Assembly: GCA_963931495.1 (NCBI GenBank)
Contig: OZ007020.1
Span: 900,001-932,000, forward strand
Direction: 5' to 3'
DNA length: 32,000 nucleotides
Origin: an uncultured Alphaproteobacteria bacterium
Lineage (GTDB): Bacteria > Pseudomonadota > Alphaproteobacteria > Rs-D84
Both the position numbers and the translations under genes were made by a program. Of the stretch, positions 16,900 through 26,357 are shown piece after piece (position 1 is the stretch's first letter; the number at the start of each line of letters is the position of its first letter). The notes beneath the pieces are model-generated. The model saw nothing but the letters and a program-made list of their open reading frames with translations. It was not told the origin of the DNA and did not search any database.

Positions 16900-17637
16900 C
16901 TAGCGCGACTGGGATTGATACATCGCACGTTGACGCACCAATTTTTCCCGCGCACGTTTTATATCCGCCACAGATTTTTCCAGGTCTTGGATTTGTTGCA
17001 TCATGGATGCAATTCGGGCGTCGTGCGCATGAATCTTGTCATCCAATGCCGCAATATTTTTCGGATGATTCAGCATTGGCGCATCCAAATCAGACACATT
17101 AAAATCATTGCCAACCGTCGTTAATTGTGGCGCAACCAATCGCTGGGCCGAAAAAGTATCGCCAATCTGTTGAACACCACGCGCATCCAGTGCCCCAAAA
17201 TGACAATTGTTACCAATTCTGGTCGCACGTTCCAACAATACAGAAATGCCAGACGATACATTATCCGCAACAGATGGCGTAATAATACGTAACACAATCG
17301 GATTAGTCTTGGTTTTTGTGTCACCAATACGAACATTCTGGATCGGTTGCCGGGTTTCCAATTTCACTTGCCATAAACATGTATCTGAAATTCCATTTGC
17401 ATTCATAAAATCCACAGGAAATGGCACGTTCGGCAAAATTATCTTGATACACGGCACACCATCATGCCGCGACTGAAAATCACAATCAACAAACGCACCA
17501 AAGTTTGGATAGCATTGTTGTATCAATTCCGGCATTCCATCAATGGAATAAATCTGGTGTAATATCGGATTATCCGCAGGCTGTTTAATAATTCTGTCAC
17601 GATACATATGCATTAAATCCAGCATCTGAACCCCCAT
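16900..17637 (-). CDS. Hypothetical protein with a C-terminal coiled coil
   Basis: ORF with no recognisable family. Start moved to ATG 17637 (or 17625) because the longer ORF overlaps the upstream gene by 64 nt. Confidence 0.5.
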   Translation of the reverse strand: MGVQMLDLMHMYRDRIIKQPADNPILHQIYSIDGMPELIQQCYPNFGAFVDCDFQSRHDGVPCIKIILPNVPFPVDFMNANGISDTCLWQVKLETRQPIQNVRIGDTKTKTNPIVLRIITPSVADNVSSGISVLLERATRIGNNCHFGALDARGVQQIGDTFSAQRLVAPQLTTVGNDFNVSDLDAPMLNHPKNIAALDDKIHAHDARIASMMQQIQDLEKSVADIKRAREKLVRQRAMYQSQSR

Positions 17638-17695
17638 TCGGTCCGCAGTATATAGAAATTTAAGCACATGCGTCAATGGAAAAAATATTCTTTTT

Positions 17696-18382
17696 TTATT
17701 GCATGCTTTTTGTTTCTGCTGTGCCCAATAATTGCTGAAAGTGCATTGATGCAAATGCATCAGAATCCACCCATTCAGTTATATGATTAATTATATTTTC
17801 AATATATTTTGCAGCAATTTGCCGGTTACGACGATATTTATGTTCGTTTATCAACAATGATATCGTGTGTTCCAGATTGGTTAATGACTGTATCTGGGGC
17901 GCCGACAGTACCGATGTATTTGCACTGTGGTACACCAGCGCATCCAGTTCATCGTGACACCGACGCAGGTCAGTCAATAATTCTGGTGTAATCTTCATAG
18001 ACTGGGTGATTTTTGTTTTGCTGATATTAACCATCGTGTTCAATGACGCAAATGTCAGTGGACTGCGCAGCCCCAGCATTCGCCGGATGATAATTGTTAA
18101 TTCTAGCAATAATATATTTATTTTATCGGTCGTGCTGTCGGCCAGGGTCTTTTTTAATTGGCGTGATACACGGTAATTCGTATAATCGTACAGCAAAAAT
18201 ACCAATGGTATAGATAACAGTGATGCCGCAATATTATTTATTAAATCTGTTAAATTAGGGTTTTTAATATTGTCTGCGGTTACGATATATAATGTCACGC
18301 CACCTGCAATAGACATCAGATACGGAATCGTTTTTAATAAAAATTCACGCAGATTTATTGTCACGCGTATATTTTGACACAT
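17696..18382 (-). CDS. Hypothetical membrane protein (two N-terminal TM helices + helical soluble domain)
   Basis: Hydrophobic segments IPYLMSIAGGVTLYIVTA and INNIAASLLSIPLVFLLY. No family recognised. Confidence 0.55.
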   Translation of the reverse strand: MCQNIRVTINLREFLLKTIPYLMSIAGGVTLYIVTADNIKNPNLTDLINNIAASLLSIPLVFLLYDYTNYRVSRQLKKTLADSTTDKINILLLELTIIIRRMLGLRSPLTFASLNTMVNISKTKITQSMKITPELLTDLRRCHDELDALVYHSANTSVLSAPQIQSLTNLEHTISLLINEHKYRRNRQIAAKYIENIINHITEWVDSDAFASMHFQQLLGTAETKSMQ

Positions 18383-18406
18383 CCCATGCGCACATGGTAC
18401 AGGAAC

Positions 18407-19603
18407 CTATGCCTGGGCACGACTGATTGGGCGCACATCTTTTACGGATGTCGCACCCGGTGTTGATGATATAGCACACTTGTCACGAACAAACATTAAT
18501 GCCCACAATCCAACCATGATTAACAATATGCCTAAAACTATTAAACTGTAACGCCAACTGCCCAATGTACTGCCCAGTCCAATGATAAAACATGTTCCAA
18601 TATACACCAAATTATCGCCAATGCTGTACAGTGATAAAATTACCGAACGATAGCGCGGCGGCAAGAAATCTTGGAACCGGGAATACAGCAATACATTTAT
18701 CGCACTGAATAATATATATGATATCCCCAACGACCACAAACCACGAACGGAATAATCTGTGGCGAACACAATAAACATCGCACCCGCCACGCATATCGCA
18801 GCATACAAAATCCAATCACGCACACGTGAAAAACGATATGCAAATGTTTGCCCCAACACCGCACACCCCAGAACAAAAAATTGTATCAATCCGACAAATT
18901 CCACCGGCAAACCAATTTCAACACCAATCGGGCTTAGATAATCATCCAGGTATGCAATATTTGCCACAAATAAACTGATCAGCAACATCAATAATATACA
19001 CGGTGTGCGCGCACAAATTTTAGCACCTGTTTTGAACAATTTTATAAAATTTGTTTTTTTAACTGTTTTGGCCTTGTTAATACTGGCGCATACTTTTATT
19101 CGCATAATGCATATTGCCGCCACGGCCAATGCCACCAGTGACGCAAATGTTATCCATCCGTATCCGGCAAACATTAATAGTGACCCAAACGCAGACAGTG
19201 CGGTCCCAACCGCCTGGACATTATATCGCACCCCCAGAACACGCGCATACATACGCTGGTGCCGGCGCGCACGTAATTCATCATACAACAGACCTTCAAA
19301 CGCGACATTGTAAAACGCAATTTCCACGCCCCACAGCAACATACCAATTGAAAATCCAATAAATGTCGGCCAGACGTAAAACAATGTAAATGCAATCGCC
19401 TTTAAGCACATGCCGAAAATTATCGCACGCTTGGACCCCAGTTTGTTTGTAACCCACGTCACCGGAATCTGCATTAAAAACGTTCCGGCGGCACAAAGTA
19501 TAAACATTAATGACAGTTGTATATCTGTCAAACCGTGCGACTGCATAAACACGGCGTATACAGGCGTTAATAATATTAACTTGTTAAAAAAAACAATACC
19601 CAT
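18407..19603 (-). CDS. MFS transporter; the true start is probably ATG 19646, disrupted by a 1-nt frameshift in a T8 tract
   Basis: Multi-TM profile typical of MFS. ATG 19603 has no SD. The upstream ATG 19646 (AAGGA upstream) encodes MNKDSSLRRFLRNIYGYCFF and stops at the end of the T8 tract (plus-strand A8 at 19586-19593). Confidence 0.75.
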   Translation of the reverse strand: MGIVFFNKLILLTPVYAVFMQSHGLTDIQLSLMFILCAAGTFLMQIPVTWVTNKLGSKRAIIFGMCLKAIAFTLFYVWPTFIGFSIGMLLWGVEIAFYNVAFEGLLYDELRARRHQRMYARVLGVRYNVQAVGTALSAFGSLLMFAGYGWITFASLVALAVAAICIMRIKVCASINKAKTVKKTNFIKLFKTGAKICARTPCILLMLLISLFVANIAYLDDYLSPIGVEIGLPVEFVGLIQFFVLGCAVLGQTFAYRFSRVRDWILYAAICVAGAMFIVFATDYSVRGLWSLGISYILFSAINVLLYSRFQDFLPPRYRSVILSLYSIGDNLVYIGTCFIIGLGSTLGSWRYSLIVLGILLIMVGLWALMFVRDKCAISSTPGATSVKDVRPISRAQA

Positions 19604-19691
19604 AGATATTGCGCAAAAAGCGCCGCAATGATGAATCTTTATTCATGATTAATTTCCCATCCTTGGATTCCAGAACATTATACCGAAAATA

Positions 19692-19720
19692 TTGAAATTT
19701 TGTCAAAAAAATATTATAAT
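19692..19720 (+). promoter_or_regulatory. Sigma70-type promoter TTGAAA-17 bp-TATAAT
   Basis: ttgaaa 19692-19697, tataat 19715-19720. This makes the TTG 19692 ORF start impossible. Confidence 0.55.
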
Positions 19721-19736
19721 TGCCATGTTGGGTGTC

Positions 19737-21974
19737 ATGGCAAAAAAAACAAATGAATTTTTATTAGAGTATTTCAAACGGATGATTTTCCGTGAAATGC
19801 CGATTGAACAATTCGTTCATTATTGCGGTTTTGTCAAATCTGATGATATGGCCGGCAATATGAAGGAATGGCGTGACACATTGCTGGAAAAAGATTCATC
19901 GGGTAATTTGGTTAAAAATGCCGCCGGGTTGTATGTACCAAAGGAATTGCCGGACCCAGAATCTGGGGAATGGGAACTGGATTCCGCAGAATGGGAAAAA
20001 TTCTTTAACGCGTTTCAAAATGCGTTCCAGGCGATGGATGCCGACCGTAACAAATTCAAATATGATGACAAGGCAACAAAGTTCCTGAATAAATATTTCG
20101 GAAACGACGGACAACTGTTTTCATACACTACGGCCAACATCGCCGCAGAAAATAAAATTGATGAACTGAAAACATTGCTGACAACATATGCAGATAAATT
20201 AAAGCCTATGTTGCGGAATTACTTTTCAGACGATTTTTCATGGGACGATTTAATTGACGGATTAAATTCAAAAAAATATAACAAAGATCCAAAATTCCGC
20301 CAACGTATGACTGATATCGCCGAAGCGTTGGCGTATGATACACTCATTCCAGCAAATTCGGTTGTGTATTCGTTAATAAATCGTCAACTGGATTTCGCGG
20401 CAATTTCTGATGGATTTGGTGGTGGGACAATTAATCCGGTCAAAATGACCCATTTCAAATTGGTGTATTCGGATTTACTGAAAGAACTGTATACCAATAC
20501 CAAGGCGTTTGATGCATTTTCTGCATCTGATCCAACAAAAATTTCACGCCTGTTGAACGAGGCCAAAGGCCGTCTGGATTATAACAGTCCGGACAGTCCC
20601 GGATACATTTCACCCCAACGCGATGATCGGCTGACATTGCCCCAACGTGTGTCGGAATGGTGGTCTGATACATATTCAAATTATCTGGAAAAGTATGTTA
20701 AGTTAAGTGGCGACCGCATGTTCTTTTCGCCATTTGCCAAGGCGATTTTCAAAGAAATTGATAAAAAAGGAATAAAGCCAACCGATGGTTTACAGAAAAT
20801 CCTGGACAGCGCGGGCGACATTTCTGATGCACTGAAAAAGAAATTCAAAAAAGCCCCGGGACAGTTTGATTGGTTCGTCAAAACAATGACAGAAATGAAA
20901 AACACCATGAAATCAGGCAAGGCATTTGCCAAGGCACTGCAAAATGGTCGTTCTTTGAATCTGTTGGTGCAAAATGTTATTATCAAGGCCGTTCGCGAAA
21001 ATAAAATTGATGAAGCAAAAACAACACTTGAATTGTTATCTGTGTTGCGATACACATACACGTCCAGCAAAATTATGGATGCATTAAATAAATCTGATTT
21101 AACGATATTTTCTGATACTGGGTTGTCTTGGAATAAAACCGAAGGCGTCAGATTTATTACCGCCGCCATGGACAAAGGCATCAAAAAAGCATTACAATTA
21201 TTCGGGTATACCATAACCATCGCAGGCAATGTGATAAATCGCGCTGGGACAAAATTCAATGGCCGGTTGAACAAGATGGCTGATGCATATAACGACCAGA
21301 TGACCGGCGAACAAAATAAGTTAAACAATCTGCGTGATACGGTGAGAAACGTATACACCCCGATGCGGGACCAGGCCCGCACAGATTTCCGTACACTGGT
21401 CGCGCATCATGGTAATCCCAACGCGGTTCAGCGGAATGTCACCGCATACAGTGGCGCACGCGACGCCGCACAACAAGTTTTGAATAACCGAATTGATGAT
21501 TTGGCGGCATACGTAAACACTAATCCATATGCCACGGGCAACGTTAATATCCTGATTGCGAACGATATCTGGCAAAAACTGCAAGACAGTTCATTGGCCA
21601 TTGACCCACATATTATCGGCATGATTACGGATCCGGCATTACAAAATATTGTAACAAATATACAAACAGCCCAGGCAAATTATCAAAACGCATCAAATAC
21701 ACTGAATGCCGAACAAATAAAATACCAAGAATTGATTGATGCACGTGACACACTGAAAACATACAACGATTTAATTCATACCGCGCGTGATGAAATCGCA
21801 TCATGGGATGAAAACCATAACGATAAGTTCAAAGAATTAATGGCATATTGGGATATTTGCAATTCAGGCGTCACACATTCGTGGATTGGCAGTAAAGATA
21901 AACAACAAAAGAAATTTGACCAGGACAAAAATGCCGTACTGGAAGAATACATACGCAATTATATCATAAGATAG
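19737..21974 (+). CDS. Large hypothetical soluble protein (about 745 aa), helical, K/D/N-rich, no recognised domain
   Basis: Long uninterrupted ORF. Start set to the first ATG downstream of the predicted transcription start (MAKKTNEF). An A8 tract lies in codons 3-5 (19742-19749). Confidence 0.7.
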   Translation: MAKKTNEFLLEYFKRMIFREMPIEQFVHYCGFVKSDDMAGNMKEWRDTLLEKDSSGNLVKNAAGLYVPKELPDPESGEWELDSAEWEKFFNAFQNAFQAMDADRNKFKYDDKATKFLNKYFGNDGQLFSYTTANIAAENKIDELKTLLTTYADKLKPMLRNYFSDDFSWDDLIDGLNSKKYNKDPKFRQRMTDIAEALAYDTLIPANSVVYSLINRQLDFAAISDGFGGGTINPVKMTHFKLVYSDLLKELYTNTKAFDAFSASDPTKISRLLNEAKGRLDYNSPDSPGYISPQRDDRLTLPQRVSEWWSDTYSNYLEKYVKLSGDRMFFSPFAKAIFKEIDKKGIKPTDGLQKILDSAGDISDALKKKFKKAPGQFDWFVKTMTEMKNTMKSGKAFAKALQNGRSLNLLVQNVIIKAVRENKIDEAKTTLELLSVLRYTYTSSKIMDALNKSDLTIFSDTGLSWNKTEGVRFITAAMDKGIKKALQLFGYTITIAGNVINRAGTKFNGRLNKMADAYNDQMTGEQNKLNNLRDTVRNVYTPMRDQARTDFRTLVAHHGNPNAVQRNVTAYSGARDAAQQVLNNRIDDLAAYVNTNPYATGNVNILIANDIWQKLQDSSLAIDPHIIGMITDPALQNIVTNIQTAQANYQNASNTLNAEQIKYQELIDARDTLKTYNDLIHTARDEIASWDENHNDKFKELMAYWDICNSGVTHSWIGSKDKQQKKFDQDKNAVLEEYIRNYIIR

Positions 21975-22050
21975 CGATTTTGTGTGGCGCAATATTATAT
22001 TGACAATCATTTATTTTGTACTATATTATATCCCGATTAACTATACATAA

Positions 22051-22362
22051 ATGGGGTATAAAATGATGCATGACGAAAAAACACTATTGGGGCAAATTGA
22101 ATTTTTGAAAGAATGCAATGCGCGTTTATATCATGAAAACCGCCAAATGCAATCAGATATCAACCAGGCCACAGAAGCAATGAAAAAGCAGTCACAACAA
22201 ATATCAAAATTGAATTCAGAAATTGCACGCAGAGATAAAATAATATCAGAAAAAGATTCAGAAATTCGCGCAATACACCAAAGATTAGAAATCACCATGG
22301 AATATAATAAAAGATTAAGTGATAAAATTAATATGATGCGCGATATGCCGCATATACGCTAA
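22051..22362 (+). CDS. Small coiled-coil protein, unknown function
   Basis: 103-aa ORF with heptad-like charged sequence. The start may be 22051 or 22063. Confidence 0.45.
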   Translation: MGYKMMHDEKTLLGQIEFLKECNARLYHENRQMQSDINQATEAMKKQSQQISKLNSEIARRDKIISEKDSEIRAIHQRLEITMEYNKRLSDKINMMRDMPHIR

Positions 22363-22396
22363 AAAAAAGAGTGCCCCCGCCGTGGGAGTGGCGGGG
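22361..22396 (-). terminator. Intrinsic terminator for the minus-strand Cys-rich gene
   Basis: ccccgcc (22375-22381) pairs with ggcgggg (22390-22396). The A8 at 22361-22368 gives a U-tract on the minus-strand transcript. Confidence 0.6.
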
Positions 22397-22427
22397 ACAC
22401 GGGGCGTGGAAACACGTAAAAAATAGT

Positions 22428-22838
22428 TTAATTTTGGTAATACGCGGCGGATGTGCATGTCCAACTGCCGGTGCTGTCACTGCCGGTTAATTGGTTGGCG
22501 GGAACATAACATGATGTTATTCCGCCACTGCCGTCTTCGCTGGTCCCGGGAGCGGGGCAAGAATAACACCCGTTGTTATAGTAGTTACCGGCACCACAAC
22601 CTGCTTCGCATTCATAATATACACAAGTGGAATTTCCGATTTGATGCGATATGCGTCTGTAACCTGAATTACATGTGTCGCACGATGTGTATTTTAACCC
22701 GTTGTCACACACATACGATGTTTTTGCGCATGATCCGGCAGGTCCGACACCGTTGTTAACAGGGGTATCAAATGACGTGCACATACACCCCACCGGCGTC
22801 ACCGAAATTGCATTGGCGCAAAATGGAAATAACATCAT
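22428..22838 (-). CDS. Small Cys-rich secreted-type protein, compositional relative of the 961-aa protein
   Basis: CDTCNSGYRR, CGAGNYYNNGCYSCPAPGTS and similar motifs. The N-terminus is uncertain (ATG 22838/22835 vs 22928). Confidence 0.5.
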   Translation of the reverse strand: MMLFPFCANAISVTPVGCMCTSFDTPVNNGVGPAGSCAKTSYVCDNGLKYTSCDTCNSGYRRISHQIGNSTCVYYECEAGCGAGNYYNNGCYSCPAPGTSEDGSGGITSCYVPANQLTGSDSTGSWTCTSAAYYQN

Positions 22839-23060
22839 TGCTGAAAACAAACCTCCGTTTGGATTCGGCAAAAAGTGGGGGACAAAAATGCAGAATTCTG
22901 GGATTTTTACAAAAATAAAAACCGCCATTATAAACGTGGTTTAGATTAGGCATGTGTACATTATACAACCATACACGCGTGTGTTATAGCCTGGATGCAA
23001 TTTAATATCAATAAAAAATAAGTATTTGATTTTTTTATATACAGAACATAACATTCCAGT

Positions 23061-23549
23061 ATGAATAATTCATCTGTATTTATATCTGAATGCAACACCC
23101 CAATGGGGCATGTTACACTGGCGGCAAATGGGAACAAATTATGCGGGTTGTGGTTCGCCGGGCAAAAATATTTTCGCGCCGGAATCCCTGATGATGCACA
23201 AATTAAAAATGTTCCAATATTTGCCCAAACGATATTATGGTTGGATAAGTATTTTTCCGGGGCGCGCCCAGATATTTCCGAACTGGACATCGCACCACAT
23301 GGAACAGATTTTCAAAAACGTGTTTGGCGCGAACTGTGCAATATTCCATATGGACAAACAGTAACATACGGTCAAATTGCCGCCAAAATTGGCAATGCGC
23401 CACGTGCGGTCGGTGGCGCAATTGGACGAAATCCAATATCAATCATAATTCCGTGCCATCGCGTTATCGGGGTAAATCATAATCTGGTCGGATACGCCAG
23501 TGGCCCAGAAATAAAAAAACAACTGTTACAACACGAAGGTGCAATATGA
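23061..23549 (+). CDS. ogt: Methylated-DNA--protein-cysteine methyltransferase
   Basis: Active-site IPCHRVIG, plus the YGQIAAKIG...RAVGGAIGRNP motif. Confidence 0.88.
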   Translation: MNNSSVFISECNTPMGHVTLAANGNKLCGLWFAGQKYFRAGIPDDAQIKNVPIFAQTILWLDKYFSGARPDISELDIAPHGTDFQKRVWRELCNIPYGQTVTYGQIAAKIGNAPRAVGGAIGRNPISIIIPCHRVIGVNHNLVGYASGPEIKKQLLQHEGAI

Positions 23550-24148
23550 AACAGGATTGCGTATACCCTGATGGAAAATGTCGCTGTCACTGGGTCAATC
23601 CCAAAAACGAACGATATATCAGATATCACGATACAGAATGGGGAAACCCAACACATGACGATGCAAAACTGTTTGAAATGTTAATGCTGGAAACATTCCA
23701 GGCTGGATTGTCATGGGAATGCATTCTGAATAAACGCGACGCATTTCGTCGGGCGTTTGATAATTTTGATATCGCTGCAATATGCACGTATGATGATAAT
23801 AAACTGTCAGAACTGGCACAGGATACCGGAATTATTCGTAACGTACGAAAAATTGCCGCAACAATAAATAATGCACGGGTATTTTCTGAAATCGTAACAG
23901 AATATGGAACATTTGATAAATATCTGTGGCATTGGACGTGTGGGCGCACAATATATGAATTTGGAAAAACGAAATCTGGACTGTCGGACAAGATATCAGA
24001 TGATTTACGACGACGCGGAATGCGCTTTGTGGGGACAACAACAATTTATGCATACCTGCAATCCACAGGCGTAATTAATTCACACGAACCTGGTTGCTGG
24101 ATGTATAACAACCATAATACAGATGTCCATGAACACGATATTTTATAA
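23546..24148 (+). CDS. tag: DNA-3-methyladenine glycosylase I
   Basis: YHDTEWGNP..DD..LFEMLMLETFQAGLSWECILNKRDAFRRAF matches the Tag signature. ATGA overlap with ogt. Confidence 0.9.
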   Translation: MKQDCVYPDGKCRCHWVNPKNERYIRYHDTEWGNPTHDDAKLFEMLMLETFQAGLSWECILNKRDAFRRAFDNFDIAAICTYDDNKLSELAQDTGIIRNVRKIAATINNARVFSEIVTEYGTFDKYLWHWTCGRTIYEFGKTKSGLSDKISDDLRRRGMRFVGTTTIYAYLQSTGVINSHEPGCWMYNNHNTDVHEHDIL

Positions 24149-24255
24149 AATAATTTATTGTGAAAAAATGCGTCAAAGCATATTTCTTGTTGACTTATTT
24201 TTTCATATGGGATAGCGTTTATGGGTATTAATTCATATTTTTGTTAGGAGAAACA

Positions 24256-25098
24256 ATGAGAAACAAAATTGCACTGTTTGTGATTGCCGCAATGTTCGCG
24301 CCGTCGGCGTTCGCGGCGGAAATAACCCCGTATATCGGAATCAGTTTCTTGGCGGACAAGGCCGGAACATCGGCAAAACGTGTCGGATTTGACCCCAGCA
24401 AGTTGGGTTCGTTAATTCCACTGTTTACCGGCGGCGGTGGTGCGGGCGGTAATTTGGCCGAAATGGGTACCGTATTCGGTGACGCGATGGGCAGCGCTGT
24501 TATCATTAACGGTGGCGACAACATGAACTTTAACATGGCGTTTGCCGGGGAATTTACCGCTGGGTTAAAAATGGGTAATTTCCGTGGCGAACTAGAATTC
24601 GCAATACGCAGTGCATCCGAAGACGGATATGAATTATTCAGCGGTGATTTAATCAGCGCCGTAACAGGCCAGCCTGTCATCCCAGGAATGTCTGTTCCAA
24701 CAACACTGAAAACGTCAACCGCGGTGCGCCATAATTCATATATGGCTAATTTGTATTATGACTTTGATTTAAGCAATACACGTTGGACACCATATGTTGG
24801 TGCCGGTATCGGTATTGGTCAATATGTCCAAGAAGTATCTATTGACATTAATATTGATACATCTAAATTACCCCAGATTGGCGGTGGCAGTAACATGTTA
24901 AGTCAAATCCCCCAGGGCAGCATGGTTGTTGCTGATGATACACTGACCGAATTTGAATGGCAGATTGGACTGGGTGCCGTGTACAATTTTACCGAAACAT
25001 GGGCGTTAGATATCGGATATCGGTTTAATTCTGCAAATGTGTCTGGTGAATTTGTGTATGCACATGAAGTAAAACTGGGTGCGCGGTATTCTTTTTAA
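24256..25098 (+). CDS. Outer-membrane beta-barrel protein (OmpA-barrel/Omp25-like family)
   Basis: Signal peptide MRNKIALFVIAAMFAPSAFA, alternating beta-strand pattern, C-terminal KLGARYSF. AGGAGA RBS before ATG 24256. Confidence 0.75.
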   Translation: MRNKIALFVIAAMFAPSAFAAEITPYIGISFLADKAGTSAKRVGFDPSKLGSLIPLFTGGGGAGGNLAEMGTVFGDAMGSAVIINGGDNMNFNMAFAGEFTAGLKMGNFRGELEFAIRSASEDGYELFSGDLISAVTGQPVIPGMSVPTTLKTSTAVRHNSYMANLYYDFDLSNTRWTPYVGAGIGIGQYVQEVSIDINIDTSKLPQIGGGSNMLSQIPQGSMVVADDTLTEFEWQIGLGAVYNFTETWALDIGYRFNSANVSGEFVYAHEVKLGARYSF

Positions 25099-25126
25099 TA
25101 CCAAACAACGGTACAAAATAATAAAA

Positions 25127-25156
25127 ACGCCGTGGGAAACACCAGCGGCGTTTTTT
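25127..25156 (+). terminator. Rho-independent terminator
   Basis: acgccg (25127-25132) pairs with cggcgt (25146-25151), within a following T-run. Confidence 0.65.
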
Positions 25157-25170
25157 GATTTTTATCTGGA

Positions 25171-25199
25171 TTGACTTTTATAATTTTTTTTTGCATAAT
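25171..25199 (+). promoter_or_regulatory. Promoter TTGACT-17 bp-CATAAT with a T9 homopolymer filling the spacer
   Basis: ttgact 25171-25176, T9 at 25184-25192, cataat 25194-25199, about 55 nt upstream of the GT2 start. Confidence 0.5.
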
Positions 25200-25253
25200 T
25201 CAACAAAATCAGTCTTCTGCATTAAAATAAAATATATTGTCAAAGGATAATAA

Positions 25254-26357
25254 ATGACACAACAAAAATCACCCATGTTGTCTGTACTGGTTCCCTGTTA
25301 TAATGTTGAAAAATTTTTGGATCAATGTCTGGCCAGTATTGTCGGTCAAACTTTTCGTGATATGGAAATCATTTGTATAAACGACGGTTCCACAGACAAC
25401 ACACTGGATATAATCAAAAAATATGCCGCCCAAGATGACAGAATCAAAATTATTGACAAGGAAAATGAAGGCTATGGAAAATCTATGAATCGCGGGCTGG
25501 ATATGGCGCGTGGCAAATATATCGGGATTGTTGAATCAGATGATTGGATTGATTCTGACATGTATGAAAATCTGGTTTCAGTGGCAGAAAAATATAATCT
25601 TGATATTGTAAAAACAAACTTTTTTGAATATACCACATATAACGGTGAAAAAAACGAAAAATGCAGCATTTTACCCGAATGGGATTGTAACACGCCGTTT
25701 TGTCCGCGTGAAAAAGCGTCTATATTTTTCAGCCGGCCATGCATATGGGCCGCCATTTACAGACGTGATTTTTTGAATAAAAATAATATCAGATTCTTGG
25801 AATCACCCGGCGCCAGTTATCAAGACACTGGTTTTAATTTCAAAGTATGGTTAATGGCGGATCGGGTTATGTTACTGGACGCGGCATATTTGCATTACAG
25901 ATGCGACAACGAAAATGCGTCTGTGAAATCCAAAGGCAAAGTCTTTTGTATCACAGATGAATGGAATTCGGTTGAACAATATGTTCGTGAACACAATATC
26001 ATGAATGCGGATGTTAACAGACTGATTGCGCATGTAAAACTGGGCGGATATTTATGGAACGCAGAACGTCTGGATGGCGATGAACAACGCCGTTTCTTGG
26101 CGCAACTGTCCAAAGAATATAAAAAATATATCGCCGATAAAGTAATTGAAAAATTATATTTTGATGACAAGGCATGGAATAAATTGCTGTGTCGCATATA
26201 TCCAGATTCAAAAATTGCACGCGCCAGAAAGCATTTGTTTGATATAATTACACCAATATATAAAACACGCATGCGCTGTGGCTGGAAAAAATACTATCTG
26301 TTCGGATGTATTCCTGTTAATAAAAAGAAAGTCCCAGACATAAGGATTCAGTTATGA
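25254..26357 (+). CDS. Family 2 glycosyltransferase
   Basis: LSVLVPCYNVEKFLDQCLASIVGQTFRDMEIICINDGSTDNT and a DxD-type ESDD motif. Confidence 0.85.
   Translation: MTQQKSPMLSVLVPCYNVEKFLDQCLASIVGQTFRDMEIICINDGSTDNTLDIIKKYAAQDDRIKIIDKENEGYGKSMNRGLDMARGKYIGIVESDDWIDSDMYENLVSVAEKYNLDIVKTNFFEYTTYNGEKNEKCSILPEWDCNTPFCPREKASIFFSRPCIWAAIYRRDFLNKNNIRFLESPGASYQDTGFNFKVWLMADRVMLLDAAYLHYRCDNENASVKSKGKVFCITDEWNSVEQYVREHNIMNADVNRLIAHVKLGGYLWNAERLDGDEQRRFLAQLSKEYKKYIADKVIEKLYFDDKAWNKLLCRIYPDSKIARARKHLFDIITPIYKTRMRCGWKKYYLFGCIPVNKKKVPDIRIQL

Noticed and set aside
19692-19736. ORF-track start (TTG 19692) and ATG 19725 for the 760-aa protein
   Set aside because: The TTG at 19692 is itself the -35 hexamer of a consensus promoter. 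ATG 19725 lies only 5 nt after the -10 element, upstream of the likely transcription start.
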